From NCBI RefSeq assembly GCF_023055435.1, contig NW_025964279.1:2666001-2730000 (forward strand): 64,000 nt of DNA, read 5' to 3'. Of this stretch, positions 36,109 through 49,247 are shown one piece after another (position 1 is the stretch's first letter; each line of letters starts with the position of its first letter). The translations under genes and the position numbers were made by a program. The notes beneath the pieces were generated by a model. That model worked only from the letters and a program-made list of their open reading frames with translations. It had not been told where the DNA came from and did no database searches. Source of the DNA: Haliotis rufescens (Eukaryota).

Positions 36109-38024
36109 TTTATGATAATTGAAAGGGCTTTGTCGCTTTTATATTTGCGCATATCACTCTTGGTTAGCGCAGCTTCACGGACCTGAATAACGATAATTTA
36201 AGTCCGTACAGTTTCAATAATATTTATACATGTTTCGTTCCATTCGTTTTCTTTGAACATATCAGTTTCTGTGAATACTGGTAAGGCAGGACATGCTTAC
36301 CCTTTTCGCGAAGGCCTATTGTCATCAATGATTTTCAGTGATCCATTTATATTTCTAGTAGTTTCCACCCCTATTTTGTCTTTGACGCCAAATGGAGTCT
36401 GTAACGTTGGATAATCGAGACTGGTTATCATCTAGCATTGACGTTTAATGTTTATATATATTCAGTGTTATGATTTAACTACACCAGTACATACATTTAA
36501 AAGATATCCACTACAATAGCCTTAACTTACTTACTTACTTTGGAGATTTAACGTGCGCTTTTCGACTGATGCGTATTTCGCACACGGGCCCGGCCAGGCC
36601 ATTTAATGTGTTTCCGAAAGGGGCGAAAGTGGTGTGTGCAACCCAAGAGGGGGCTTTAGGGGTTGCTTATATCGAATTTGGGAATGTTGAGAACAATCGC
36701 CTTAAAGGTTGTAACGAAAATTTATGTTCTTTGATAGTCACTGTGGACAAACACTGACAATAAAACCGCCAATATCACGTACTTTTATTCGCAATATACA
36801 TGTCAATTACTCAATCTCGTTTCATCGAATTTGTTCCCTATCAGCTGTTTTGTCCAGCCCAGAGGGGGTTCATCACCAGATAGACCATCATAAACTGGAT
36901 GGATGGCCGTGAACAATGACGTTACGTCACAGACCTCAGCGTGACGTCATAATGATCTGTGATATACCATGGTGTTTATAACACAGACAGTGATGTGAGG
37001 TGTTGACACTAATGGACTTACTTCACTCTGCCGGACGGGGGAATCAACTACAGCGTGCTACAGTTTCTGATACGAGACTTTCATAAACATTGGATTAAGT
37101 TAGATCAAGTTAGACAAGTGCATATCAGCACATGGATTCACGGATTAACTTTAGAGTGAGTTTATTCTTATCGAATCAGTGGACGACGGCTGCATAGCTA
37201 GACTGTCGGAATAGTCTGTTTCCCAGGCCCAAGAGAATCCAAGGAGTCCAACTCAAGTCTAGAATGATTGGGCATGCTCAGATTGTCTCAGTTCTAAGAA
37301 ATTAAGCATTTTTCTGGGCTCCATTTGGATTTTATTATTGTTATTTTTTTTTATAGATGTATGTTTTAGAATAAGATATCTTTATTTTTAGGACTAAATG
37401 TAAGTCTAAATAGGCAGGTAACGGTCATTTAGATTCAATTAGAAACCATTTTTCGTGTTTAAATTTTGTAGGGCACTGACGTTGGGTGGGGTAATGACAA
37501 GTAGTTGTACAGTGATACTAGTACCTGTATTAAGCACGCAATATGTACGTGACATATAAACCACACAAGTTATGACAAGGGTTGTGAAAACATACAAACA
37601 GTTAACTACGGTTATAACGAACTCAAAGGGACCCAAATTTTAGTTCGTTATAACCGTAATTCGTTATAAGCATATATACAGCATAACTACAGCATATAGT
37701 CGGGACTAAAAAGTTAGTTCGTTATATCCGTTAGTTCGTTATAAGCGCGTTCGTTATAACCGTAGTTTACTTTACTTACAACTGATATTGCACAACATGG
37801 GACCAAGGACACTAGCACAAGTCTCTAAGGCAATAACTATTAGTTTTAATCATAATTTCTAGATTATATCAACAATAAGAACAAGTTGTCCTTATAAGAG
37901 ACTGGAGCCCTCAGATTTACTGTCCATATATCATATCTAGACTTGACTATAGGGGGATAGAATTACTACACATCCAGGGACTTGTCTTCCAGTACAGCTT
38001 AAACACTCTGACTCTGGTACCTCA

Positions 38025-38186
38025 GGGAGGTCGGGTAGCCTAGTGGTTAAAGCGTTCGCTCGTCACGCCGAAGACTCGGGTTCGATTCCCGACATGGGTA
38101 CAATGTGTGACGCCTATTTCTGGTGTCCCCCGCCGTGATATTGCTGGAATATTGCTAAAGCGGCGTAAAACCATACTCACTCACTC
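38025..38186 (+). mobile_element. SINE family A
   Basis: Consensus match. Confidence 0.88.
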
Positions 38187-41084
38187 CAGTACAGCCTTGG
38201 AGCATTGTCAGACACTAGCTCATATAAAGGCTTGTTTGTTTCACAGCCGACCAATTAACCCCCGAAGTTATGCATACGGTTTAAATAATAAAATAAAATC
38301 TAAAAGGGGACTCTCGAGCATTAGGCCTTGAGCTTAGACTGAGATGAGTTTAGGCTGGCAGGGGTTGAGAAAGGGATGAGGGATGGAATGGGGCTGGTTG
38401 TAAGGGCATTTAGTCTATGAAATCTTATATTACACAATATCCTTCTCGACTCTAAAAATTAAACAAATAATTTTCCCCAATGCTGATTTCATATGTAGAA
38501 TAGAGCTAGATAGAGCTGGCTAAACTTGCTTTTGTATACATATCTAGATTGGGTTTTTCTTCATAAAATAAATAAATTCCACAGTCTTGGTGCAGGACAA
38601 GGACGGCCATTGTACATGATATTTTTATTTTTTAAATAATTTTATATTTGCATGTAGAAAAGGGTGAGACAAAAATAAACAATGCCTCTCTCTGACAAAT
38701 ATAGGCTCCGGGATCTGCAAGAGAGACTACTTTCAGAGTCGCATGACAAACAGAAATGAACGAAAGTAAACCAAAATGTGTTTAACAATGTGTTTTCCAC
38801 ATTTACTACGGTAAGTCCACCTCTGTCCGCACTGTAGGATGAAAAATCAAATGTGCAGTTTGGTCTTAAAAGACAATTTCTTTGACCAATTTCATCAGAT
38901 GAAGCTTGTTCCCAGCTGAACAAACAGGTGTACAGGCTTAATGACTGGAAACGTTTTCTTTGCGCCTGCGCTGACCGAGTGTGTTATACAGGACATATCC
39001 CCTGGGGTGAAGCTGTCACCCCGACACCCAACTCAACAGTTTCATTATGACTTGACTGGGTGTCGTGTTTGTCACCAACAGCTCTGGTCGTCGACGCCAC
39101 TTACTGAGTACTTGATTGTAATTACCTGGCCGTGTCACCGGCGACCTACAAGGTGAAGTGGTATACATACAGTGAGGGTTGTCATGTCTTTTATTCAGCA
39201 TGTGAACGTGTCAAAATAGCTACCATTAATGTGAAATATAAATATATTGAATGTATATACTATATTCTAGCAGTTTAGTTCTCTTAACTTGTATTTTACT
39301 TGTGAATTAGTGTCGCATGGGCCGTTTGGCCGGACAGGACCTGCTCAATATGTGAAAATGAAAACGAATGAAACATCAATGAACTGTGTGGTATTTAAAT
39401 ATAATCTTCTTCTTCTTCTATAAATAGAAAACCAAAATGTTAAAGTTTAATGTTAGTCAAATTGATAATTGAAATGTTTAATGGTTCTTGTTTTTGCGTT
39501 CTAATATCAGAGGGAAACTTCATAAAATTTAAAACATATTTATTCCACAGATACCTGGATTGACTGACAGGCAACATTTAGCTTATGTAATACGCTACAG
39601 TAATACATGGCGTATACGCTTCATAATATTTGAACTACTACTACTACTACTACGAAAAAAACAAGAAATCAAAAACAAATTTGAATCTTGTCGACAAATT
39701 ACAGGTGTGATTAACAAGACACATATAATACAAGTCCCTAAAACACGTATATGATATGTGATTTACAATGACACTATATTCATAACATGTGCTACCATAG
39801 TGTTCGATTGGAAATAGCACCACAGTGACCAAAATAAAACTAATTTCATATACCATTTTTGTAAGATTATTTTAGGAGGTATCCTAATCTAAAGTGCACA
39901 GACAAACGGCCCACACGAAACAAGTATGACATAATTATATATTACATAATTCTATAATATTATCCCAATGTTAATATATTTTAAAGTTTTGTAAAAAACT
40001 GACCTTGATTTTTCCGGCTACTTCCAAAGGTGATACCTAAATACCCGAACTTGTTTCCGTTATATTATAAACATTGATGTTTTTCCAAATGAGCATATAG
40101 TTCTATATTTGGTATGGATTTGTACAGATTTACCAATTTTACCAGGGTAGCTGAAGTCTAGACATGATTTATTCAACTATTAACAGCCACATGGCACTGA
40201 TCGGTCTGGCGACTCATTAAGAAGATTAATTAGCAATGTCAAGTAAGATAATGATGTCACTATCGATCTGCGAGTCAGACAGACAGCTTATCTGTGTATA
40301 TCTTATCTTTCAGTGTTTATACATGGATAATGTACGAGATTAACTCTATTGCCTGTACGTTAGGCGACGATCTTAAGTTGTAGGGGTAAAATCAAAATGG
40401 AAATAATTTTTAAAATATACTTTGAAATTCATGTGAAATAAGATTTAATCGAGCAGGATATTAATTGTATCTAGTTATCTCAACATACAGATAATTTAGA
40501 CAAAGTATAATAAAGTAAACAAAAAATAAGGGCAATTATCTGAACCCTAAATATTGAACTGAGACACTTATTCTTGACGAATACTGACTGGGATATTCTG
40601 CATTATTTTAACAGAGGCTTATAGATCAATATTATTTATCTTCAGAAGTACTGGTAGAACGTCATTTTTAGTTTTATAGGTTTTCAATTCACGCTGCCCT
40701 TACTTGCTTTATAATCCAAGAAATTATAAGTAAATAAATGCACTTCTACATGTGAATTTACCATACCCGAATGCATATGAATATTAATTTTGTTTCTTTA
40801 ACAAACCAAATATGATAGTTACACATGTTTGAAATTTGTGCCATTTTGAAAACATTACACCCCAAATTCCTCAATAAAAATATGTGTTTATTCTTCTTCA
40901 TATTCCTTACTTTAAAATAATGCTAGCGACCAAAGTTATATCAAGTCCTCATAAGATATAACGGTATATCGGAATCTGGGCCGCATGTGACGCTATGCCG
41001 CGCGTGACACGTTCTGAATAGAAAGTTGTTAAAAATATTTGAGCATGGAGTCTATTTTATTTAGACACATTAATGGCTGTACAT

Positions 41085-41420
41085 TGAGGCGGATTGTTGA
41101 CAGGCCGGGTGCTCGGCCACGTAACTCCTCGTGTCACGCTGAGCAAGATGCTCCCTGCTCCTGAAGAATATCATCCCTGCCGGGTCGTGAGAAGAACATC
41201 TGCTTCCGGGTGAAGTTTAACGCGAGCCGGCTCGTGCCACCACTTTGCTAGGCGTGCGCTGATTGGCTGCGTGTGTCGGATCGCGCCGGGCTATTCAGAT
41301 GTCAAAACATAACTGTGCATAGATTAGCGTGGGTAAGGGAATGTTGGGGGTATAAAGGCGGGTCGGGAGGCTGCGTTCCATCACACTAACTTGTCTCCCA
41401 GAGCTGAACACATCGCAGTG
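41085..41420 (+). promoter_or_regulatory. Proximal promoter/5'UTR of Hes paralog 5
   Basis: TATAAA 41351-41356; CGTGAGAA 41186-41193; class-C site changed to N-box GGCTCGTGCC 41229-41238. Confidence 0.8.
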
Positions 41421-42783
41421 ATGGAATCATTCGATAGACACACGGAATCAGACTCGGAATATATTGGATATAGAAAGGTACACATTGTTTTTATTTGGTT
41501 TCTGTCAGTGAACAGAAAGTCAATTTTTGGGCTTTTACAAATATCGACGCCCTCCCATATTCACGTAGCTAATGAATTAATCATGAATACTACTGCTATT
41601 TGCATCTTGCCAAATTCACATCTCTCCCCTTTACAGTAATAACTAGTTATAATTCTGAGGAACACGATATTGTCCTGTATATATATTATTTAATTATATA
41701 CTGTAACAAAATACTCATGCTGATATATTATTTTCTCCAGGGTCGAAAACTGTTGGCAGAAAAACGGCGACGGGCCAGAATCAACCAATGTATGTCAGAA
41801 ATCAAGGGCATCGTTTGTGGGGCAGAGCAAAAAAACGTAAGCATATTATTTTAAATTTATTTCAGTTTTCTATTTCTTAAGCTGTGTGAAAGGCAGCGTT
41901 CATCGTTTAATAACCTTAGATACGACATGTATTGATTTTAGGGGTTATTAAATCTTTTTTTATATCTTTGTAATGGAATAGAAGTAATGTACCGGTAAAT
42001 GAAATACAATTCCTAATTTACTTGTATTTGTTTTCAAAATCGTTTATTGTTTTGTATCTATGCTTTTCTATATATACATAACATACAACGTACTAATATT
42101 TTGTCATCCGTTTTTTCCAGGACCCCAACTATGAGAAGATGGAGAAGGCCGAGATTCTGGAGACGACTGTAGATTATCTGAGGAACGTCAGGAAGATCAA
42201 CACCACACATAAACACGTCAAAGAAGCAGTTCAAGCCAGATTCCAACATGGCTTCTCCAAATGTGCTGAAGAAATCCTCTCCTATGTTCACTCTCTGCCA
42301 GGAGTGTCGGACAATGTACACCGTCAGCTGAGAAAACACATCTCTCGACGTATGACGCACATTCAGCAGGTGCCCGTGACGTCACCAACAGGGAATGTGA
42401 CGTCACACCCAAGTCAGTGCCATGAGCGACTGAGAACAATACCCTCCCACAGTTCCCAGTTTCCACATCCGGCTGCGCATGCGTACATGAGCAGGACAGT
42501 GTGCACTTCCCCCGTGAAGGAAGACAACAGTTTCTCAGACAGTGGATATGCTGGTTCTCCTGATTTTATCAAACAATCAACCCCCAGAACCGGACATTCT
42601 AATCTCTCAGATTCAGAACTGTGCAAAATGGAACCTAAAAGTTCCAACACAAACTTTGACGATTCAAGGGTAAGGGCGTGGCTCCAGAGCACGTGGTTCT
42701 ACTCTCAGCAAATGAAAATGGAGCCCTATGGTCGTGCAGCCCTTCGATCGCCAACAACAGGCGACGTTTGGCGACCATGGTGA
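41421..42783 (+). CDS. Hes: HES-family repressor, paralog 5 (most divergent); exons 41421-41477, 41741-41836, 42121-42783; 271 aa
   Basis: Exon 1 MESFDRHTESDSEYIGYRK; exon 2 GRKLLAEKRRRARINQCMSEIKGIVCGAEQKN; distinct C-terminus MKMEPYGRAALRSPTTGDVWRPW. Confidence 0.95.
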
Positions 42784-42919
42784 CAATTACAGCAAATATC
42801 CTCATTCACAAAACAAACCGAGTCTACACCTGTGATATCAAACCAAAGTGCTAAATAAATACAACTATCATATACATTTGTTTTATTTTTAGTTCAAATG
42901 CTGGTTATTTGTTATCTGG

Positions 42920-43092
42920 TTATTTGTTGTTTAACGCCACACTCAGCAATATGCTAGGTATATGACTGCGGTCTGTAAATAATCCGAGTCTGGATCAGAC
43001 AATCCAGTGATTGACATCACGATGTCCCACGATGACATGGGCAACGATGACATTCATCAACCAAGTCAGCGAGCCTGACCACCCGATCCCGC
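42920..43092 (-). mobile_element. Family B fragment just 3' of paralog 5 (further fragments at ~23672, 43955, 46870, 47682, 51265, 54430)
   Basis: Partial consensus matches. Confidence 0.75.
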
Positions 43093-44204
43093 TAGAGGGC
43101 CTGTGGTGCTTCGGCGGTAGCATTGGTCACACGAACATATGCTTGTCATAAGCGGCGATCTAAATGGATCATTTGGTTTGGATTAGATTGACAATTGGTC
43201 CCAGAAAAAAAGTTATTTAAAAATATATATCTACAAAACAAAAACAATAAAATCCAGAACAATTGTAATATCAGGAGGCCAGCCAGACTTGCCAAATCAT
43301 TCTAGACTTAAGTTAGATACAATTTTTAAATTTTTATCCATCTCTAGGATCTGGGAGACATGGTTAATGATTTATCATCGTACACTGACTCCGCAATTTT
43401 GCTGTGACGGGGTTGTATCTCTTTGGCGTGCCAGGATCTTAGGATCGAGAGGCCTGGGTTCGATTCCCTACATGGGAACGATGTGTGAAGCCCCTATCTG
43501 CTCTCTCTCTCACACACACACGCCGTGATGTTGATGGAATATTGTCCAAAGCGGCGTAAAACATATCAATTCGCTCACTCCCATGCGCACGCAACATTAC
43601 AATGATACTTACAGGTATTTCGGTGGACCAAAGCTCGGAAAATATATAATTTTGATAGAAACAAATAACTCCATTTAAATTGTAAAGGAGCCCCAGTGAG
43701 ATGGGAGATTCAGAACCTGAGGAAAATCTAGACTTGCTTAATTCAGGGCTGGGCGGAAGGGAAAATAATCTGGTTTAGAGACCGTGAAACAGACTTTTTT
43801 CAAGGCAGTCTGATGATATACATATCATTATTATTGAACAAGACTTATTATAGAGTAAGTGAGTGAATTACTATTAAAATAATATATAGAGAAACGTCAC
43901 ACTGTGAAGATGACATACAATATGGTCGGGATCATTCCATCTTAAACGATCAAAGCCGACTAACAGGATCGGGTGGTCAGGCTCGCTGGAATGGTTGATG
44001 CATGTCATCGTATCCTAATTGCGTAGATCGATGCTCATGGTGTCAATCACCGGATCGTCTGGTCCAGACTCGATAATTTACATTTTGCTGTAATATTGCG
44101 GAGTATTAAATCTTATCTTACAATAAATGAAAAATACCATCAAAATACAATATTCGATATTGGTTGAAGACTGAAAAATATATCCTGCATATCAAAACAC
44201 GTAG

Positions 44205-44355
44205 CGGGCGGTCGGGTAGCCTAGTGGTTAAAGTGTTCGCTCGTCACGCCGAAGACCCGGGTTCGATTCCCGACATGGGTACAATGTGTGAAGCCCATTT
44301 CTGGTGTCCCTCGCCGTGATATTGCTAAAAGCGGCGTAAAACCATACTCACTCAC
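44205..44355 (+). mobile_element. SINE family A
   Basis: Consensus match. Confidence 0.88.
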
Positions 44356-44991
44356 AACACGGAGAGTTCAGTGCCTAAAAGTTTGTTAGCTGAGCATGTA
44401 TTTAAGATCACTTAACAGCACAGGTGAGACTCTATTAACAGTGTCAATAGAACTCTGAATAGCTGTACAAACATGCCTGCACTCTCAATGTCTCCTCATC
44501 CTGTCATTAAATCCCTACACGATGTTTGACATGGCGAGGAAACAGAAACAGATCCTGTGGACGCGAGATGTCAAAATGCCACGCGCCATTGATATCTCTT
44601 ATCCACGCCAGTGAAACGGTACACCTCTGCTCTCCGGCGTCCTATCAATGAAGGAGGACGTTGTCGGGCTGGACATCCTTGTATCTCTGACAAAAGATAG
44701 CAGTGACACTTCGCGTCGTCACGCCTCGCTGGGTCACGTGACATTACAGCACCTGTTATGGTGGTGTCATAACTTCCGGTTGGTCCAGATTCAGGCGTGA
44801 GCAAGTCATGAGGTGAATGGATGCATATTTTGGATGTAATTGCCACTGGCACAATAGCCTCTCAATTGTGCACAGTCAGCGAATTCCACCTGTCCCAATC
44901 TGATTTTGGTTGTGAATAAAATATCTGACATCCACACACACCAGATACATTCTGGCGCCAAAATTATTTCGAGGTATGCTTCAGGGGGGCA

Positions 44992-45440
44992 TTGGTGTGT
45001 TGCGAATGCATGCAAATTATATATGTTTGTAAACAACATTTGATTTGATTTAGTTCGATTTTTGTATGGGTCTGCCTTCTATATTTTTTTTGTTTGCGGA
45101 TTTTGATAGCGAAGAGTTTGGTGTGTTGCGAATGCATACAAATTATATATGTTTGTAAACAACATTTGATTTGATTTAGTTCGATATTTGTATGGGTCTG
45201 CCTTCTCTCAAGAGCGGAATGTTCCTCCTCATTACGCCTGATATATATTTTTTTGTTTGCGGATTTTGATAGCGAAGAGTTTGGTGTGTTGCGAATGCAT
45301 ACAAATTATATATGTTTGTAAACAACATTTGATTTGATTTAGTTCGATATTTGTATGGGTCTGCCTTCTCTCAAGAGCGGAATGTTCCTCCTCATTAGGC
45401 CTGATATTTATTTTTTGTTTGCGGATTTTGATTTTTGAGT
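44992..45440. repeat. Tandem repeat, ~164-bp unit, about 3 copies (first copy shorter)
   Basis: TTGGTGTGTTGCGAATGCAT... starts at ~44992, ~45117 and 45281. Confidence 0.85.
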
Positions 45441-45966
45441 TTGGTAAAATAATCAATAAATGCATTGTATAGGAAGTGTTTTTTAATCATCTTAAAGTTT
45501 GATTTGGATCGATAGGTGATAAGAATTCTTGGCCTGGCTTGGGTGCTTATAAATATCATAACTCTAACATCTGCAAAATTAATGTACTGACGATTAATCT
45601 TTGGAAAGGTTTCTGTTTTAATCATATCAAAATCATTTGGACTATATTTTTGTGTCAAAGCGATCTTTACCGTTGGCGGTATTAAAACCCAATCCTTGTG
45701 ATTTTATTTTCTCTGAAGAGCAAAAAAAGTAGGGCTTTATTGAAATAATCACACGTGATTTCGTGAACAGAACATTTACAAGTGAAAACTGATAGCATAC
45801 CCTCGACCACAAAGAAATATGTACACGCAACGAAATGTTACACCGAGATTTATAGCCACCCATCTTCATTTCGATGTTTTTCCTGTCAATTACAGATAAC
45901 TGTTAATGCAACATTTTGTGGCAATATTTTTTAGTATTAGATTTATAGTTTAGATTATAAACAAAC

Positions 45967-46118
45967 GTGAGTGAGTTTGCTTTTACGCCGCTGTAAACAA
46001 TACTCCAGCAATATCTCGGCACAAGAAATGTGCTCCACCCAATGTGCCTATGTGGGAATCGAACCCGGGTCTTCGGCGTTACGGCGAACGCTTTAACCAC
46101 AAGGCTACCACACTGCCC
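45967..46118 (-). mobile_element. SINE family A, diverged
   Basis: Reverse-complement consensus match. Confidence 0.8.
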
Positions 46119-46186
46119 TGTCAAAACAGAAAGATACCACTGCGGAAGAGTAACGTACGTACATACAGGTTGTTATAACAGGGAGT

Positions 46187-46343
46187 GGGGCAGTCGGGTA
46201 GCCTAGTGGTTAAAGCGTTCGCTCGTCACGCAGAAGACCCGGGTTCGATTCCCGACATGGGTACAATGTGTGAAGCCCATTTCTGGTGTCCCCCGCCGTG
46301 ATATTGCTGGCGTAAAACCATACTCACTCACTCACTCACTCAC
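46187..46343 (+). mobile_element. SINE family A
   Basis: TSD TATAACAGGGAGT. Confidence 0.9.
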
Positions 46344-47299
46344 TATAACAGGGAGTCTTTTGAGAGGGCTCCTTGTTTAGTCTCCCTGGTAAAAAGACTC
46401 GATGTTTTTAGTTTCATTACGTCATCAACGAACACTCCTGCGGCGAAATTGGAATGTTTAAGATAAGATGTGTTTTTTAGATGATATGTTTTAATGTAAC
46501 GAATATTCCAAGATGTGATTTAGGACTAAAACTAGAAATGTAATTTAGTGTAGTGTAACGAAGAGAATTTATGGATGTCAACTTATTTATTATGAGGAAC
46601 ACAACGTTTCGGAGAATATGCTTACTCCTTCATAAGGTAAATGCCTTTCAAAGAAGTGATAGTGTTATTATTATATCTGAGAAACATTATCGGTATTATT
46701 TTTTAAACTTTTCATTTAAACTAAATTAAGTTGAGGAGAACCTGCGATTCGTCCGACTGTTTCGAGAATGTTATCAAACTTAAAACAGATAAAAAAATTC
46801 CTTACTTTCACTCTTTCACTTTGGCAAACAAGAATACTTTTAGTCTGTATTTGTACTGTGTGTTATTGTTATTTGTTGTTTAACGCCGCACTCACCATTA
46901 TTCCAGCTATATGATGGCGGTCTGTAAGTAATCAAGTCTGGACCAGACGATCCAGTGTTTGATATCATGAGCATCAAACTCTCGATTGTCTGTTCCAGAC
47001 TTGATTTTTAGTCGCCATGCTTGGTGCACGTGGAATTTGTTTAGTGTTGCTGATGCACGTGCGACAACTTCCTTCGCGAGTTGATTTTCACAATGCGCGG
47101 AACAGGGCTCTTTTCAATTATTGCTGGGTCGAGGTATTTATCAATCGTTTGCACATTTTTAAAAGTTATAAGGAGATATATGTTTCTGCTTTTTTTTTTA
47201 AAGTGCCTTACTGTAATAGGCCATTTATATTGCTCATATTTCCACAGCACAGACAGGCATGCCCAAAGCGCTATTTTTACCCCGGTCACTGGATCAGTG

Positions 47300-47540
47300 A
47301 ACTCTCAACAATCATTTCCAGCTCTTTGGGGAGTATACAACCCAAGCTGCCTTTGAGGCGCTAGAAGGTTAACATTGCCATCTCATCCTACCGGGTACCC
47401 ACTCACTGCTGGGTGAACAGAGGCACATTTCGAACAAAGTCACTTGCCTAAGGAGACACCACATGTGGTACATGTGCTTCAGTGTGGGGCAGGACCGAAG
47501 CCCTAGAAACTCTCAGGAGCCAAACTGCCGAAACGCGGTT
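47300..47540 (-). mobile_element. Old CORE-like SINE fragment
   Basis: Reverse strand TCCTTAGGCAAG...TGCCTCTGTTCACCCAGCAGTGAGTGGGTACC resembles CORE-type central domains. Confidence 0.45.
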
Positions 47541-48829
47541 TCCCATGTTATCTATAGCTAAGTACATGTTCTTTAACACTATACATATCATTTTCTACTC
47601 CTTTATCATACATAAGGAATTAATTATTTGGCTCTCATTCCAATTCCTACCAAACAACACCAGTGCCTTACATTATTTTCTGACCCGTGAAGATCTGGGT
47701 TAGAATTGGTCTTCAACATCCCCAGCTTGTCGAAAGAGGCGACTAACGGGATCGTTTTGGATGCTCGTGATGTCAATCACTGAATTGTCTGGTCCAGACT
47801 CGAATATTTACAGACCGCCGTCCTATAGCTGGAATATTGCTGAGTGGGGCGTTAAACAACAAACAAACAAGAAAAACACATTTTTTTCTTGTCCTAAGGT
47901 ATGTACAAACGAAGCAGTTGGCTGCGTTTGTTCCCTTCTTCCTTTTCACGTCTATCGATCTACCATTAATTCGCGAGTGAATATTGTTTAACGCCGCTTT
48001 GAACATTATTTCAGTTATATCAAATTGTCTTAACATTCATGAATCATGCGTGTCACAATCAGATGCCTTGAGCAGTTTACTTAAAATTAGAATATATACA
48101 TGTATGTATTCAACCCTCCGCCGAGGAGTTTCACGCGATCAAGTTTCGTTTCCGAGGTAAATGTTCATATTTTATGAGCGCTTCGTTGACTATGATGCAA
48201 ATTGTCGCAAATTGAAATTTTATGTGACCGCTAAACAATTTCTTTTGTAATTTTTTTTAATAATTTCAAGTCAAAGGAATTGTTATACGAAGTTAAACAA
48301 TATTTTAAAGCGCTAATCGTAGATGTGCAAGTGAAATGTTTCAAAGTGACAAGATCGGTGAAATTGTTGGTCGCAAAAATAATCTTAATAAAGCCTCAAA
48401 ACCCTGGGGTTGGGGGTCGAATGCATATATTTTAGAACATTTATTTTTTATGTAATCTCATGAACAGCTTTTTCGTGACAAAAAAGACATGGATGTGTTT
48501 AACAGAACAGTCAGAATGACCTCCCTTGTGTCGAGTAATACTTTGAAATTTCATTACGGAACGTACGAAGTTAACAGTGTCGAAAAAAAAGTAAAATAAA
48601 AACAGCTCTCAAAAAAAATATTTTGTTCCCATAATTATGAAAGTTTTGACGTCAAAAGGTGATCGTAACTCCTATACTTTATGTAAGTTTCCTGATAATC
48701 GCAGCACTAATTAATTAATATCGCTTTGTGGGACGGGTCCTGGCTCTCGGATCACAAGCACCATTCCGCCACTGTGCAATACGTAATTCCTCGCAGCTCG
48801 TTGTGTCTTCTCTAACCTTTCGGAACCTG

Positions 48830-49247
48830 GGCCCACTTGCACTGGGTGGGAATAGTACTTTTAGCTATCGACTCGATAGTTATGTGGTTCACTATCGCAA
48901 TTAACGATATTTCTGACGTTAAATCTGTGGTGCGGTCGTGGTGTTGTTGAAGTGTCGATTCCAAATAATAAAATTGAACAAAATAAAGAGGCAGTGTTTG
49001 AACGTAAAGCCGATTATTAATGTGAAACAAGCCCTGTCTTGCACGCCATTTTGTCAGGGACTACAACGATCTTAGCTACTTAAGATTGGTCCGGACCAAT
49101 TGTAAGTTTCGATTGTAGCTTACAATGATCTTAGCCTACAATCGCTTTGTGCAAGTGGATGGCGATTGTAGCCGAAGCCTAAGATCGCGATCTTAAGGAT
49201 TTACAATAATTGTAGCGCTAAGATCGCTTAAGTTGTGCAAGTGGACC
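48830..49247. mobile_element. PIF/Harbinger-like MITE
   Basis: TIRs GGCCCACTTGCAC / GTGCAAGTGGACC; 3-bp CTG TSD; subterminal GATCTTAG repeats. Confidence 0.6.
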
